A stretch of DNA of 63,235 bases, filler included, from Octopus bimaculoides (GCF_001194135.2; 6 parts of 6 records of this genome joined end to end with filler, not necessarily neighbours in it), one strand, 5' to 3'. Positions 25,180 to 38,308 are shown, counted from the whole stretch's first letter. The notes: generated by a model from the sequence alone, not told the origin. A program made the numbers and translations.

Positions 25180-25831
25180 TTATATATATATATATATGTA
25201 TACAAACATATATGTATATATTTGTTTATACAGATATATAGATATATACTTATATATATATATTTATATATATATGTATATATGTATATATATGTGTGTG
25301 TGTGTGTATGTGTATTTATGCGTGTATGTACGTCCCTGTCGTTACCGACGTGGTTTATTATATATATATAAGCTGAATGAATGCTGTCACCTATTATTCT
25401 GTGATTACTCTTTTTATTTTCGTCCTTTCGTTTATAATATTCTTTTTTTTTATTACTTATTCGACATTGTTGTTTCCCTTCCACGTCAAAAGCTTGACTT
25501 TTCATTCGGTTCACAACATTATCATCAACGTGCACTTTTATTTCATTTCATTGGTTGTTTTGTATTTTTGCGTTTTATTTTACGATGGCTTTTGTTTGTC
25601 TTTTTCGTTGTTTTCTGTTATTATTATTATTATTACTGTTGTTATTTATTATTATTATTATTATTATTGTTGTCATTATTATTAGTATTATTTTACTTTT
25701 GCGTTTAGAGATCTGTAATTAACAAGTCCAACCTTATATCCATGTCACCCTTGGGGAAACGAATTTACAAAGTACAGTCTTCGTTTGACAACATTAAGAA
25801 AATTTCCAAGGAAAACACACGCGCGCACGCA

Positions 25832-25872
<41 letters not shown>

Positions 25873-27596
25873 TAACTCACACACACACCCACACACACAC
25901 ACACACGCACACACGCACGCATACACGCACAACAATGATAGAAATAAAACAGTGAAGCGATCGATCTGTCAGCAGCACTAATTTCATTTCGGGTTTTCAA
26001 CGTCTTTCTAGCTTTTTCCTACTATTGTTCATTGTTATATTCTTCCTCTCTCTCGTTCCTTTCTTTCCTTCTTTCTTTCGTTCCTTCTTTCCTCATTCTC
26101 TAATTCCTTTCAGGTGTGCCGTAGAAGGAATTTTTCTTTCAGACAACGACACGCAGCGATAACTAAACAAAGGCAAGAAACAAAAATACTTCGACAAAAA
26201 TTCTCTTATTTTTCATTATTAAAGTCCAGAAACTTACTTCTAGGTATATATTTTTTTTTTTTGACTTTTTATACACTTTTTAATCAATCAGTCCCCAGCA
26301 ATTCTGATAAATCGATTCCGACAGCCAACAGCCCCGAAGCAATTACCCGCTTTCAAAGTCTTTTTGCTTGGACAATCTTTTAACCATAATGTTAGAGAAT
26401 GTAAGTTGAAGTATCGCATAAATACACGATGAAAGATAAAACAAGCTTTCACCTTACATACATACATGCATACATACATACATACATAGATGCATATATG
26501 TGTATACGTATATATGTATACATATATATGTACGTGTATATATTCATATCTTTGTGGTTGGGTTATGTTGTTATTTTCAGTTTTTCTTTTCCTATCGAAT
26601 TTGTTTTCTATTTCATTTTTAATGTTGTTAAACTCCTTTGCTACTTGTACCCAACCTTGCTATATTCACTCCTAATGGTATCACGTACATACATACATAC
26701 GTACATACATACGGACATACGGACATATATTTATATTTTATATATCTTTCTTTCGCTAACCCTGCGCACCTTCTTTCACATTTCATGCGTCTATCTAATT
26801 ATGGCGTTTCGTTTCCAACTATTTTTAAATTGGGGTTAGAATTCAAGAAGAAAAATTCCACAATAAAGCACAAACCAAAAATACCCAACAATAAAAAAAA
26901 TCAACAATAGTTTTCTCTTCATCGCTTATTGACTTCAATCTAGGGATGTCTGGCAGAAGTTTAAAGAACACAGGAAAAAATCAAACAACGATAAATAACG
27001 AAGTCGCTTCCCCGCCACCTACAAGCTTTCGGTGTGTTTTCCCGCCATATGCGTTCAAGAATTGGTATTGTTTCTAAAGAACCGTAATAACTACTGTTGC
27101 TTTAGTCGGGGATCTGTCTTAATTCTGCGGTTCTTTTTGGTATTTATTTATTTGTTAATTTTTATTAGTCTTTGTTTTTAAATTTGGTTTTTCACCATCA
27201 AAGTTAATGATATTGAACTGGAAAGAGACACAGAGACATACCGACATACTGACATACAGACACCTAGCTATTCAGACACTCAGGCATACAGACACAGACA
27301 TATAGACACAGATATACAGACATGCAGTCACACACATACACTCACATATAGACTCACAGACAGACACAGGGCATGCAATCACACATAAACCATGACATAC
27401 AGCGAGTGACAGTTTCCTTATTGCGGATAAAGAGACTATACTAATGGCTGAGGGGTCATTTAGTGCACATTGCAAAACCAAAAGAGAGAAAAGAAAACAA
27501 CAGTAAACAAGAAAGTAAAAAAAAAAAAATCCACAACGTACTGTAAATTGGTATTTCGTATTTTTCTGCCAGAAATATTCCGGCTGTTCGATTCGG

Positions 27597-27667
<71 letters not shown>

Positions 27668-27706
27668 GCTACTGCTGCTGCTGCTGCAGCTGCTGCAACA
27701 ACAACA

Positions 27707-27743
<37 letters not shown>
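27597..27743. repeat. Compound (CTA)n/(CTG)n/(CAA)n microsatellite
   Basis: Directly visible; similar (CTA)n arrays occur at 29370-29463, 30819-30898 and 53926-53964. Confidence 0.95.
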
Positions 27744-28297
27744 GTTTTACTTTAGCTGTAATAATAGTTACACTCCAGCAGTAGTAGTAGTATTTGCTGT
27801 TGATATTGCTGTTGTTCTTGTATATACATGTAGAGGGTTGATGTTGTAGCTTTTACCCATAAACTGTACAATGCTGAAATAAAAGCAACCACAGCGCACT
27901 TTACGTCATAAAGATATTTAAAAAAAGGGATGAATGACGTTTAAATCTAATGATCTCATTTCAATTTCCAAGGATAACGGTTAAAGGAATCAATCGATAA
28001 TGACTACACGAATTGCAATCGCTTACCGTACCTTGGAACACACAAATAAAAGCGTGCAGGAATATCACGACACATCCTGATGATGAGGCTGTGACAGTCG
28101 CGAAACATTAAGTTTATATTAATGAACTGAGGCCGAGATGCGTTACACTGTTGCGTGATTAGTTGAAGGGAAAGGCAAAAGACAAGGGGGGAAGAGGGAG
28201 AAAGAGAACAGGGAGAAAGAACAAGAGAATGAGAAAAGAGGGAGAGAGGTGTCAACGACGTGAAGTAGGAGGAACGTTGAAACAATTACGTAGTAAA

Positions 28298-28500
28298 GGC
28301 GGCGGATTGGTTGAATTTTTAACACGCCGGACGAAATGCTTAGCGGTTTTTCGTCCGTCTTGACGTTCTGAGTTTAAATTCTGCCCAGGTAGACTTTGTT
28401 TTTCATTCCTTCGAAGTCCATTGAGCACTGCGGTCAATGTAATTGCCTAGCTCTCTCTTATGAAATTGCTGGCCGCGTGCTAACATTTTCAACCAGTCTT
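28298..28500 (+). mobile_element. Degenerate SINE family A
   Basis: ggcggcggattgg...acgccggacgaaatgcttagcgg...gttctgagtttaaattc matches 19298 and 36000. Confidence 0.7.
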
Positions 28501-28591
28501 AATTATGTAGTTAAAAGGCTAATTAAAATTAATAGCAAAAGAAAATTGTCTTTTATTATTTTGTCTTTTACATTTTTCAATCATTGGAATG

Positions 28592-28870
28592 GGCGATCTT
28601 TCGGTACTAGATCCCATAACTTCCGGTCGTTGTGCGCACGCATACTGATTACATTATCGTATAGTGTGTTTATGTTTTAAAATGACGTGAAAATATGAAA
28701 AGACAACATTAAATAGAAAAAAAATGAATGGCTCACTAAACTCAAACCTTCTCCCCTCAAATTCATACAGTTCTCAAACTTTGAACACATAAACACACTA
28801 TACGATAATGTAATCAGTATGCATGCGCACAACGACCGGAAGTTATGTGATCTAGTACCGAAAGATCGCT
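28592..28870. mobile_element. Mutator-like MITE with 84-bp TIRs and 9-bp TSD
   Basis: 28592-28675 versus the reverse complement of the right end shows 3 mismatches; ATTGGAATG at 28583-28591 and 28871-28879. Confidence 0.85.
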
Positions 28871-28943
28871 ATTGGAATGCAGCCAGGTTAGAGCACCACC
28901 TTGAAGTGTTTTAGTGAAACAACTCGACACCTGAAGAACCATA

Positions 28944-29146
28944 CGCTATCAACTTAATGTGACAGTCCCCTGAAGGGAATAATACTACTGTTGGTTATAC
29001 CTAGGAAGCTGCACCGCTTCCTGTCGGCCTTGACACATTTCCTGTGGCCTTATGTGTCAAGACGACAGGAAGCGGTGCAGATTTCCTAGGTCTAACCAAC
29101 AGTAGTATTATTCCCTTCAGGGGACTGTCACATTAAGTTGACAGCA
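28944..29146. mobile_element. ~200-bp near-perfect hairpin (foldback MITE), TA-flanked
   Basis: Arms of ~95 bp (tcaacttaatgtgacagtcccctgaagggaat... / ...attcccttcaggggactgtcacattaagttga) around a 13-nt loop ttcctgtggcctt. Confidence 0.9.
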
Positions 29147-29367
29147 TACAAAAATGCCTCAAAGGAATCTGTACAACGCACTCACAATACTTTCCATCGA
29201 ACGGTAATTGTTATATATGAACCCGAGTACATTACTGGCACCGAGAGGATGGAAAATAAACCGGAAGTCAGAGTGGAGGAAGAAAGAATGTCGTTAGACA
29301 CCACAAGACGTTGCTACTGTTGCTGCTGCCACTGCTTCAACTGATATTCATGCTGCTGCTGCTGCCT

Positions 29368-29438
<71 letters not shown>

Positions 29439-29669
29439 GCTACTACTACTACTGCTGCTGCTACTTCATGATTGTCCGTTGTATTCCGAGAACTGCCGCG
29501 GTAATTGCCGTCTAGCAGCGTTCGTCTATAATTGTCTCGTGTCCTTAAGCGAGAGACTTAACTCTACCTGCCTCACAAGAAAGATCTCGTAACTAATGAA
29601 CAAATCGTTATTTGTTATTGTTCACCGACTTGTGATCGATATTTACTTTCTTTCTTGCTTGCCTGCAAT

Positions 29670-29812
29670 CATTATTGTCATCATCATCATCATCATCATC
29701 GTCGTCCCCATCATCATAATCAACATCATCATCATCATCAACGTCGTCATCGTCATCATCATCATTATCATCATCATCGCCATCGTCATCATCATCATCA
29801 TCATCCTCATCG

Positions 29813-29843
<31 letters not shown>

Positions 29844-29857
29844 CATCATCGTCGTCG

Positions 29858-29889
<32 letters not shown>

Positions 29890-30490
29890 GTCATCAGTAT
29901 CATCCTCATCATCCTCATCCTCATCATCACCATCTTCACCATCACCGCCAACATCATCATCATCATTATCATCATCATCGTCATCATTATCATCCTCCTC
30001 ATCATCAGCATCATCGTCATCATCATCATCATCATCATCCATCATCGTTCTTATCAGTCTCACGTTCATCGTCATCTTCTTTATCAGCATCATCACAATC
30101 CTCATCATCGTCATCATCATCATCATCATCATCATCAACATCATCACCATACCCACTGTTCTCTTCCCTCCCCTCTTCCTCCTGCTCTTCCTCCTCATGA
30201 TCACCATCATTATCACCGCCATCATCATCATGATCATCATCCTCATCATCACAATCTTCACCATCACCACCAACATCATCATCATCTTGATCATCATGAT
30301 GATGCTCATGATGATGCTCATGATGATGATGATGATGATCATCATCATCATCGTCATTGTCCTCGTTTTCGTCATCATCATCATCATCATCATCATCATC
30401 AGCATCATCACCATCACCATCACCACTTCCTTCATCATCATCATCAGCAGCATCATCATCATCATCATCATCATCATCAACCTCATCACG
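29670..30490. repeat. Long degenerate (CAT)n trinucleotide array
   Basis: About 820 bp of CAT with CGT/CCT/CAC variants; this explains the overlapping poly-I/H/D/M ORFs. Confidence 0.95.
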
Positions 30491-30678
30491 GTTATTGTTG
30501 TCGTTATTATTAGTAACATTGATAAACTAGTGTAATTACGGCTTTTGTTATGGCTGCTGGTAACAACAATAAGAATAGAAGTCGCTGATACCTTCGGCGT
30601 TGTCATCAACGCTGCGCGGCAACAGTAGCAGTAGCAGCAGTGGCAGCAGTGGCAGCAGTAGTAGCAGCAACAACTCCA

Positions 30679-30745
<67 letters not shown>

Positions 30746-30844
30746 ATTAGTAGTAATAGTATCATCAGACAAATATTAGTTGTAAGCAGCAAGCACTGGT
30801 AGTAGATCACCTCTTCTGCTACTACTACTACTACTACTACTACG

Positions 30845-30899
<55 letters not shown>

Positions 30900-32401
30900 T
30901 TGTTGCTGCTGCTGCTTGTGTAATTAGGAGTACTTGTAACTGCATTTTCCGTCCGTAGGACATTGGAAATATGATTTGCAATATAAAAGGATTTTAAGTG
31001 GAACCGTTATCATATGTGTTCGTTTCTTCAGGCAAAATCGCATTAGTGTTCTGGCTGTACCAGAAGGTTCTGTCTGTAAGTCTTATGGGCTGCCCTCGTG
31101 AAGATTTCGACTACTATACATATATATATATATATATATATANNNNNNNNNNNNNNNNNNNNNNNNNNNNNNNNNNNNNNNNNNNNNNNNNNNNNNNNNN
31201 NNNNNNNNNNNNNNNNNNNNNNNNNNNNNNNNNNNNNNNNNNNNNNNNNNNNNNNNNNNNNNNNNNNNNNNNNNNNNNNNNNNNNNNNNNNNNNNNNNNN
31301 NNNNNNNNNNNNNNNNNNNNNNNNNNNNNNNNNNNNNNNNNNNNNNNNNNNNNNNNNNNNNNNNNNNNNNNNNNNNNNNNNNNNNNNNNNNNNNNNNNNN
31401 NNNNNNNNNNNNNNNNNNNNNNNNNNNNNNNNNNNNNNNNNNNNNNNNNNNNNNNNNNNNNNNNNNNNNNNNNNNNNNNNNNNNNNNNNNNNNNNNNNNN
31501 NNNNNNNNNNNNNNNNNNNNNNNNNNNNNNNNNNNNNNNNNNNNNNNNNNNNNNNNNNNNNNNNNNNNNNNNNNNNNNNNNNNNNNNNNNNNNNNNNNNN
31601 NNNNNNNNNNNNNNNNNNNNNNNNNNNNNNNNNNNNNNNNNNNNNNNNNNNNNNNNNNNNNNNNNNNNNNNNNNNNNNNNNNNNNNNNNNNNNNNNNNNN
31701 NNNNNNNNNNNNNNNNNNNNNNNNNNNNNNNNNNNNNNNNNNNNNNNNNNNNNNNNNNNNNNNNNNNNNNNNNNNNNNNNNNNNNNNNNNNNNNNNNNNN
31801 NNNNNNNNNNNNNNNNNNNNNNNNNNNNNNNNNNNNNNNNNNNNNNNNNNNNNNNNNNNNNNNNNNNNNNNNNNNNNNNNNNNNNNNNNNNNNNNNNNNN
31901 NNNNNNNNNNNNNNNNNNNNNNNNNNNNNNNNNNNNNNNNNNNNNNNNNNNNNNNNNNNNNNNNNNNNNNNNNNNNNNNNNNNNNNNNNNNNNNNNNNNN
32001 NNNNNNNNNNNNNNNNNNNNNNNNNNNNNNNNNNNNNNNNNNNNNNNNNNNNNNNNNNNNNNNNNNNNNNNNNNNNNTATATACATATACATACATACAT
32101 ACACATACATATATATAATAGTGCGTGTGTGTGTATAGGTACACACGCACACACACTCATACACACCCACGTACACACACATATACATACACGCACACAT
32201 CACAATTAAACACAACTACACACAAGCTCGACAGCAGACAATGCACGAGCCGATATATTGTCTGCCAACGTATATAAGCACTACAAACACCACACACATG
32301 CGTACGTTTATAGCAAAACCTACACGCACACAAACACGCACACACACCCGCACACACACACACACACGCACACGCACCCACACACACGCACACTCACACA
32401 T

Positions 32402-32439
<38 letters not shown>

Positions 32440-34081
32440 GGAGTTAATAGAGCTAAACATTTACAGNNNNNNNNNNAAGGAGTTAATAGAGCTATACATT
32501 TACAAACGCACATGTAATATTAGCACTGAGTCACAGTAAAACCACTTGAACACATACATGCACAAACGCTGCATCCAGATAACACACACACACACTCTCT
32601 CTCACGTGCACACACACACACACACACACATACACACACACACGCTTCTAATAATCCATAAATACACATCTAGACGTGCTAATAACACATATTCTTCCGC
32701 ATACGCAACATATGTGTCTGATCCTGTCTCATTAGACGTGTGCGCACGCACCGCACATAACACATGCTGACATAAGGGAGAAGCGCACACACTCACATAT
32801 ACTAACACACACATATACATACACACACGCGTGCATCATCATCATCATCACCATCATCATCATCGTCACTACCATCGTCATCATCACAATCACCATCAGC
32901 AGCATCATTATCATTATCGTTTTCATCCATCCATCCATCCATCCATACATTCATACATATATACATACATGTATACATACATTCATGCGTACATACATAC
33001 ACACATACATACATACATACACACACACGCACACACTCCGGAACAGGCATGAACAGACACAAACTCCAACACACAAGCGTAGACACATTCGTGGGCGAAC
33101 AACACATTCACAAGACAAGAGGATACCACTGACTGTCTGTCTGTCTCTCTCACCTTAGAAACACACACACAAACTCACACATAAACGCATGGACGTTCAT
33201 TCCCAGCTACACATACGCATTCAAGCACGTAGTCAGACAGGCACACACGCACTCACGTTAACGCGAAGAGTAAAGTACCGCCCACACACTGACATATACA
33301 AGCACCTAATAACCACACACACTCACACAGAGTCAAAACACGTACACGCACCTGCTTGTCACACACGCACACTTTTAACACCTGAATACCTACGCACGCA
33401 CAGTGGCGTGCGCACAAGCATATAGGTATTATTAGTCAAGAACATGTGCGTGCGCGGTCAATGAACCTGCTAGAAATAACAGCCGGACAGACTAGTCATT
33501 GCCTGAAAGTCTTTGATAATGGTTTTCGTCAACCAAGGCTGACCTAGAACGAAACAAAGCCTTGTGAGGAAACTGAAAGAATCCCGACGTACATANNNNN
33601 NNNNNNNNNNNNNNNNNNNNNNNNNNNNNNNNNNNNNNNTTAATTAATTAANNNNNNNNNNNNNNNNNNNNNNNNNNNNNNNNNNNNNNNNNNNNCTAAC
33701 AAGGTGAACATCTCTTCCTCCTACTATTTCCAAAGACTGGAATACCTACAATTTCCTGTGAATATTTTAAATCTCCCTCAAAATAAAATAAGTTAGGAAA
33801 CTTACATACCTACACCTTTCGAACACACACACGATCAGCTTAGAAAAAAAGAACAACCTTTAATATCTCCAACTACTGTGTGAATACTTATCCTTTCCTT
33901 TCTCCCTGAGTATTCGAAAATGTAAACATCATCCTCCTTTTTATTCTAAGAACACTACCATTTCTCTCTGTGTGGTCATACAAAAGACCATATTTAGCAA
34001 ATCTTAAAACTTTACTATCTACAACTTGTTCTCTTTTCTTTCTGACTCCCCCTGAGTGTTCAAAAATGTAAACACCTTTCT

Positions 34082-34243
34082 TTGCTGTCACATCGCACGA
34101 ATGAACCATTTTTGGACCAAATAGTGACTGATAACGAGACATGGGTTCTCTACAAAAATGTCAAGCGCCGAAGACAGTGGGTACGGAAAGGAGAAACACT
34201 GGCACCCCAGGCAAAAGAAGGTCTTCACTCACGTAAACTATGG
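34082..34243 (+). pseudogene. Mariner (DD34D) transposase fragment
   Basis: EPFLDQIVTDNETWVLYKNVKRRRQW...EGLHSRKL resembles the FLDRIVTGDEKWVLY...PGLHPKKVML region. Confidence 0.8.
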
Positions 34244-35483
34244 TACGTTTGTTTGTATTGTCTATAATATCTGGAGGAATGTTTATCGAAACACATATTT
34301 CGCTTTTTCTTTTTTAAATGTTTCTGTAGTCTTCGAGAAAATCTACAGAAATATTAATGAATTCATTTCTAGGTTTTGCCATTGCAGCAAACCTCGGCTG
34401 TTTAATACACAGGGTTGTTGTTGTTATTGTTGAGTGCTCAATGAGTTAGTGTTAGTGGTGGTAGTGGGAGGGGTTGGATTCACAGGTGCTGCGACGCTAG
34501 CAGCGTTCATTACCTGAATTTCCTTGCTCTCTTCCTCTTCTTTATCGCCTAGATTTTACACTCTCTCCGGACAAATTACCTCTCTAAGGCCTCTTATAAT
34601 TTTATCAATAATTTCGGTGTCTTAAAAAAAACAACTTTTATTCTCTTTCTAACAATGTCTTCAACGCGAATCATTCTCATTCTATTTTGTTCCCCGATTT
34701 TCAATTATCTCTCATACTAATTTTATATACCTAATCACCGGTTTAATACGCCGTTATATNNNNNNNNNNNNNNNNNNNNNNNNNNNNNNNNNNNNNNNNN
34801 NNNNNNNNNNNNNNNNNNNNNNNNNNNNNNNNNNNNNNNNNNNNNNNNNNNNNNNNNNNNNNNNNNNNNNNNNNNNNNNNNNNNNNNNNNNNNNNNNNNN
34901 NNNNNNNNNNNNNNNNNNNNNNNNNNNNNNNNNNNNNNNNNNNNNNNNNNNNNNNNNNNNNNNNNNNNNNNNNNNNNNNNNNNNNNNNNNNNNNNNNNNN
35001 NNNNNNNNNNNNNNNNNNNNNNNNNNNNNNNNNNNNNNNNNNNNNNNNNNNNNNNNNNNNNNNNNNNNNNNNNNNNNNNNNNNNNNNNNNNNNNNNNNNN
35101 NNNNNNNNNNNNNNNNNNNNNNNNATATATATTAATTGCCTTAATGTCTTTATTTTTCTTGATAGATTCTTCTAAAGCCTATCCTCATTCATACATTGTA
35201 AAAGTTGTAAAAGTACTCATCGTCGATAAATAGTTTTAACTATTTCCCTTTCAGCAGAACTACTCGTATTACATTCTCAGAAACACTGCTTTATTCCGGT
35301 TTTCTTCAATAATTTATGTCAAATTTCTATTGACCCTTGTTTCTGCTTTATATTCCTTAGTATTTTACTTTAAATGCGTTAGCTTTTCTAGTGTGAATTT
35401 CATTTCCCTCATTTTTCATTTATTACTTACCCAATAAGTGACGGTTTCTTTGCTGAATTTATCATTATTTGCTTTTCGCTATG

Positions 35484-35790
35484 AAAGAGGTCATCTTATT
35501 GGAACTGACTGTGTCTTGAGAGAAGATGATAGTTCAGGCGCAAGAGATGAAGAAGGTTACGTACCAATAATTTAGGGATGACTTTCCCATGACTAGGCGG
35601 AGGACAAGGTGTGTGCCACGGGAGATGGATAGTCGAGGTTTCATAGATCTTTCCTTCAGTAGGTCCTACAAGGATGTGGGTATTACAGGAATGAGTAGAA
35701 GAGCCATCAAGAACAACGTAGTATCTGCTGAGGCATCTAGACAGCTCTGAATTGAGTTCGAAAACGCTGTTTGGACACAAGCCTAGGCTT
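35484..35790 (+). mobile_element. HERO-like (RLE) non-LTR retrotransposon 3' remnant
   Basis: KEVILLELTVS*EKMIVQAQEMKKVTYQ ... SRGF ... GITGMSRRAIK resembles ELTVPWE...EA.ERK..KY..L...GCRGF...GITG. Confidence 0.6.
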
Positions 35791-35999
35791 GTTCAATCTA
35801 GGTCAAGTGTCCTGGCTGAAGTTGTATGTTGTAAGACCTAAAGCAACTAGTGACGCCATAACTAAATGCTGACGATGTGTCCAGGTATTGCATTTATAAA
35901 TGTATGTGAAATTGCGCTCACTTCTTTCTGTAATAAGTTGTTAAGTTGTTTTTTTTTAACTACTTCCTTGTTATCTATCAATATGTATACCTAAAATAG

Positions 36000-36438
36000 G
36001 GCGGCGAGCTGGCAGAATCCTTAGCACGCCAGGCGAAATGTTTAGCGGTATTTCGTCTGCTGTTACGGTCTGAGTTCAAATTCTGTCGAGATCGACTTTG
36101 CCTTTCATCCTTTCGGAGTCGATTAAATAAGTACCAGTAACGCACAGGTGTCGATGTAATCGACTTAATCCCTTTGTCTGTCCTTGTTTGTCCCCTCTAT
36201 GTTTAACCCGCTGTGGGCAATAAAGAAATAAATATTTTAAGGCGGTGATCTGGCAGAAGCGTTAGCACGCCGGGCGAAATACTTAGGGAGTCTGTCTTTA
36301 CGTTCTGAGTTCAAATTCCGTCGAGGTCGACTTTGCCTTTCACCCTTTCGGGATCGATAAATTAAGTACTGGGGTAGATCAAATCGACTGGGCCCCTCCC
36401 TAAAAATGTCGGGCTTTGTGCCTAGAGTAGAAAAGAAT
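36000..36438 (+). mobile_element. Two tandem full-head SINE family A copies with different tails
   Basis: Heads at 36000 and 36241, each with box A-like TGGCAGAA and box B GAGTTCAAATTC; the 3' tails differ. Confidence 0.85.
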
Positions 36439-36789
36439 ATGCATATCTAAAGTAATTCATTTATGAAATCTAGATCCCACTCAGTATTGTTCTTTTTCTC
36501 TTATTCAACCTTTAACTGTTCTTTTCCCCAATGAATTTACTTCTCTGTCTTCTAAGCCATACACTATTTTCTATGAATGTGTAACTTTCTTTAGAAATTA
36601 ATCTAGTTCCACTGTCTGTCATATGTATCAGGGTGACCTTTCTACATTATCATTAATACACTAAATTATCAATATTCATTCGCATGCTCGATTAATTTCA
36701 TACGTGTTTCATAACGGTTTCTATATTTACTTAATTCTGTGTAGTGAGTATGTATGTCCACACCTGTATACACGTTTGCATATGCTGAT

Positions 36790-36856
<67 letters not shown>

Positions 36857-37068
36857 NNNNNNNNNNNNNNNNNNNNNNNNNNNNNNNNNNNNNNNNNNNN
36901 NNNNNNNNNNNNNNNNNNNNNNNNNNNNNNNNNNNNNNNNNNNNNNNNNNNNNNNNNNNNNNNNNNNNNNNNNNNNNNNNNNNNNNNNNNNNNNNNNNNN
37001 NNNNNNNNNNNNNNNNNNNNNNNNNNNNNNNNNNNNNNNNNNNNNNNNNNNNNNNNNNNNNNNNNNNN

Positions 37069-38300
37069 CAGGAGTTGGTCAAAATAATGGAAACACCTAA
37101 CATCATAGCATCATAATTTTGAAATATCTACAAAACCATCAAAAGCTTGTTTATTTTAAAGTTTTTTTTATTGATTATTAGTGTTGCTTAATATATTTTG
37201 CTAATATTGCTGTTTATTAAAATGACAGATCTATCGGACTTTCAAAGAGGTCAAATTGTTGGTGCTCGTACGGCAGGCGCTAGCGTAACGAAAACAACCG
37301 AAATGTTTGGTGTATCAAGAAGTACTGTCTCGAGAGTAATGACAGCTCTTGGGAGAGAGGGAAAGATTCCTCGTCGAAACAAAACTTCGGAAGAAAACCA
37401 AAACTTTCAGATAGGGACCGACGGACTCTTACGCGAATTGTTAGAAAGGATCACAAACGTACAGCTCCTAAAATTACTGCAGAGCTTAATAACCACCTCG
37501 AGAACCCAGTTTCCATAAAAACTGTTCGCCAGGAGCTGCACAAAGCCGGATTTCACGTGAGGGCTGCAATCAGAAAACCACTACTTTCAAAAACAAGCGT
37601 TGCAGAGCGTTTAGAGTGGAGTAAAAACCTACAGATTTGGGCCCTAGAGCAGTGGAAGAATGTTATTTTCTCGGACGAGTTATCCTTTACCTTATTTCCA
37701 TCGGCCTAGTATACGTATGGAGACAGCCAAAAGAAGCATTTGACTGGGACTACCTTCTCCCAACTGTTAAACATGGAGGAGGATTTGTGATGATCTGGGA
37801 TGCTATGTCTTGGAAATCCGCCGGCCCAATAGTTTCCTTTCATGGCAGAATTAATAGTCAAGACTATTTAAGCATTTTATCTGATCAAATTCATCCTATG
37901 GTTGCGGTACTGCTTCCGGAGGGAAACGTAGTCTTTCAGAATGATAGTGCACCAATCCATGCAGCTAAAGTTGTTACTGAATGACACAAAGAACATTCTA
38001 CTGAAGTTGAACATCTTATCTGGCCACCACAATCCCCAGATCTCAATATTATTGAACATTTATGGTACATTTTAGAAAAACAAGTAAGGAGTCGATATCC
38101 TCCACCATCATCACTACAAGAAATGGAGACTGTTTTAGCTGAAGAATGGACAAAAATTCCTTTGGAAACAATTCAAACTTTGTACGAGTCCATACCACAT
38201 AGAATTCAAGCTGTAATTACTGCCAAAGGCGGTCCTACCCCATATTATAATAAATTTGTTTGAAATTTTAGGGTGTTTCCATTATTTTGTCCAACCCCTG
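37069..38300 (+). mobile_element. Full-length Tc1 (DD34E) transposon, transposase pseudogenised
   Basis: TIRs CAGGAGTTGGTCAAAATAATGGAAACACC / GGTGTTTCCATTATTTTGTCCAACCCCTG followed by TA. ATG at 37222 (MTDLSDFQRGQIVGA...); FSDE, FQNDSAPIH and SPDLNIIEHLW motifs; frameshifts and stops. Confidence 0.95.
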
Positions 38301-38308
38301 TATATATA

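Noticed and set aside
29596-30981. 305-457 aa poly-I/H/D/M ORFs on both strands
   Set aside because: A by-product of the stop-free (CAT)n array; no splice or domain support.
32437-32500. Direct repeats flanking 10-N gaps (also 56380-56530) and the ~120-bp tandem duplicate at 51270-51510
   Set aside because: Most simply explained as overlapping contig ends or uncollapsed haplotypes.
34420-34620. Low-complexity protein-like minus-strand stretch (LGDKEEEESKEIQVMNAAS...)
   Set aside because: Bounded by in-frame stops, with no splice acceptor or recognisable family.
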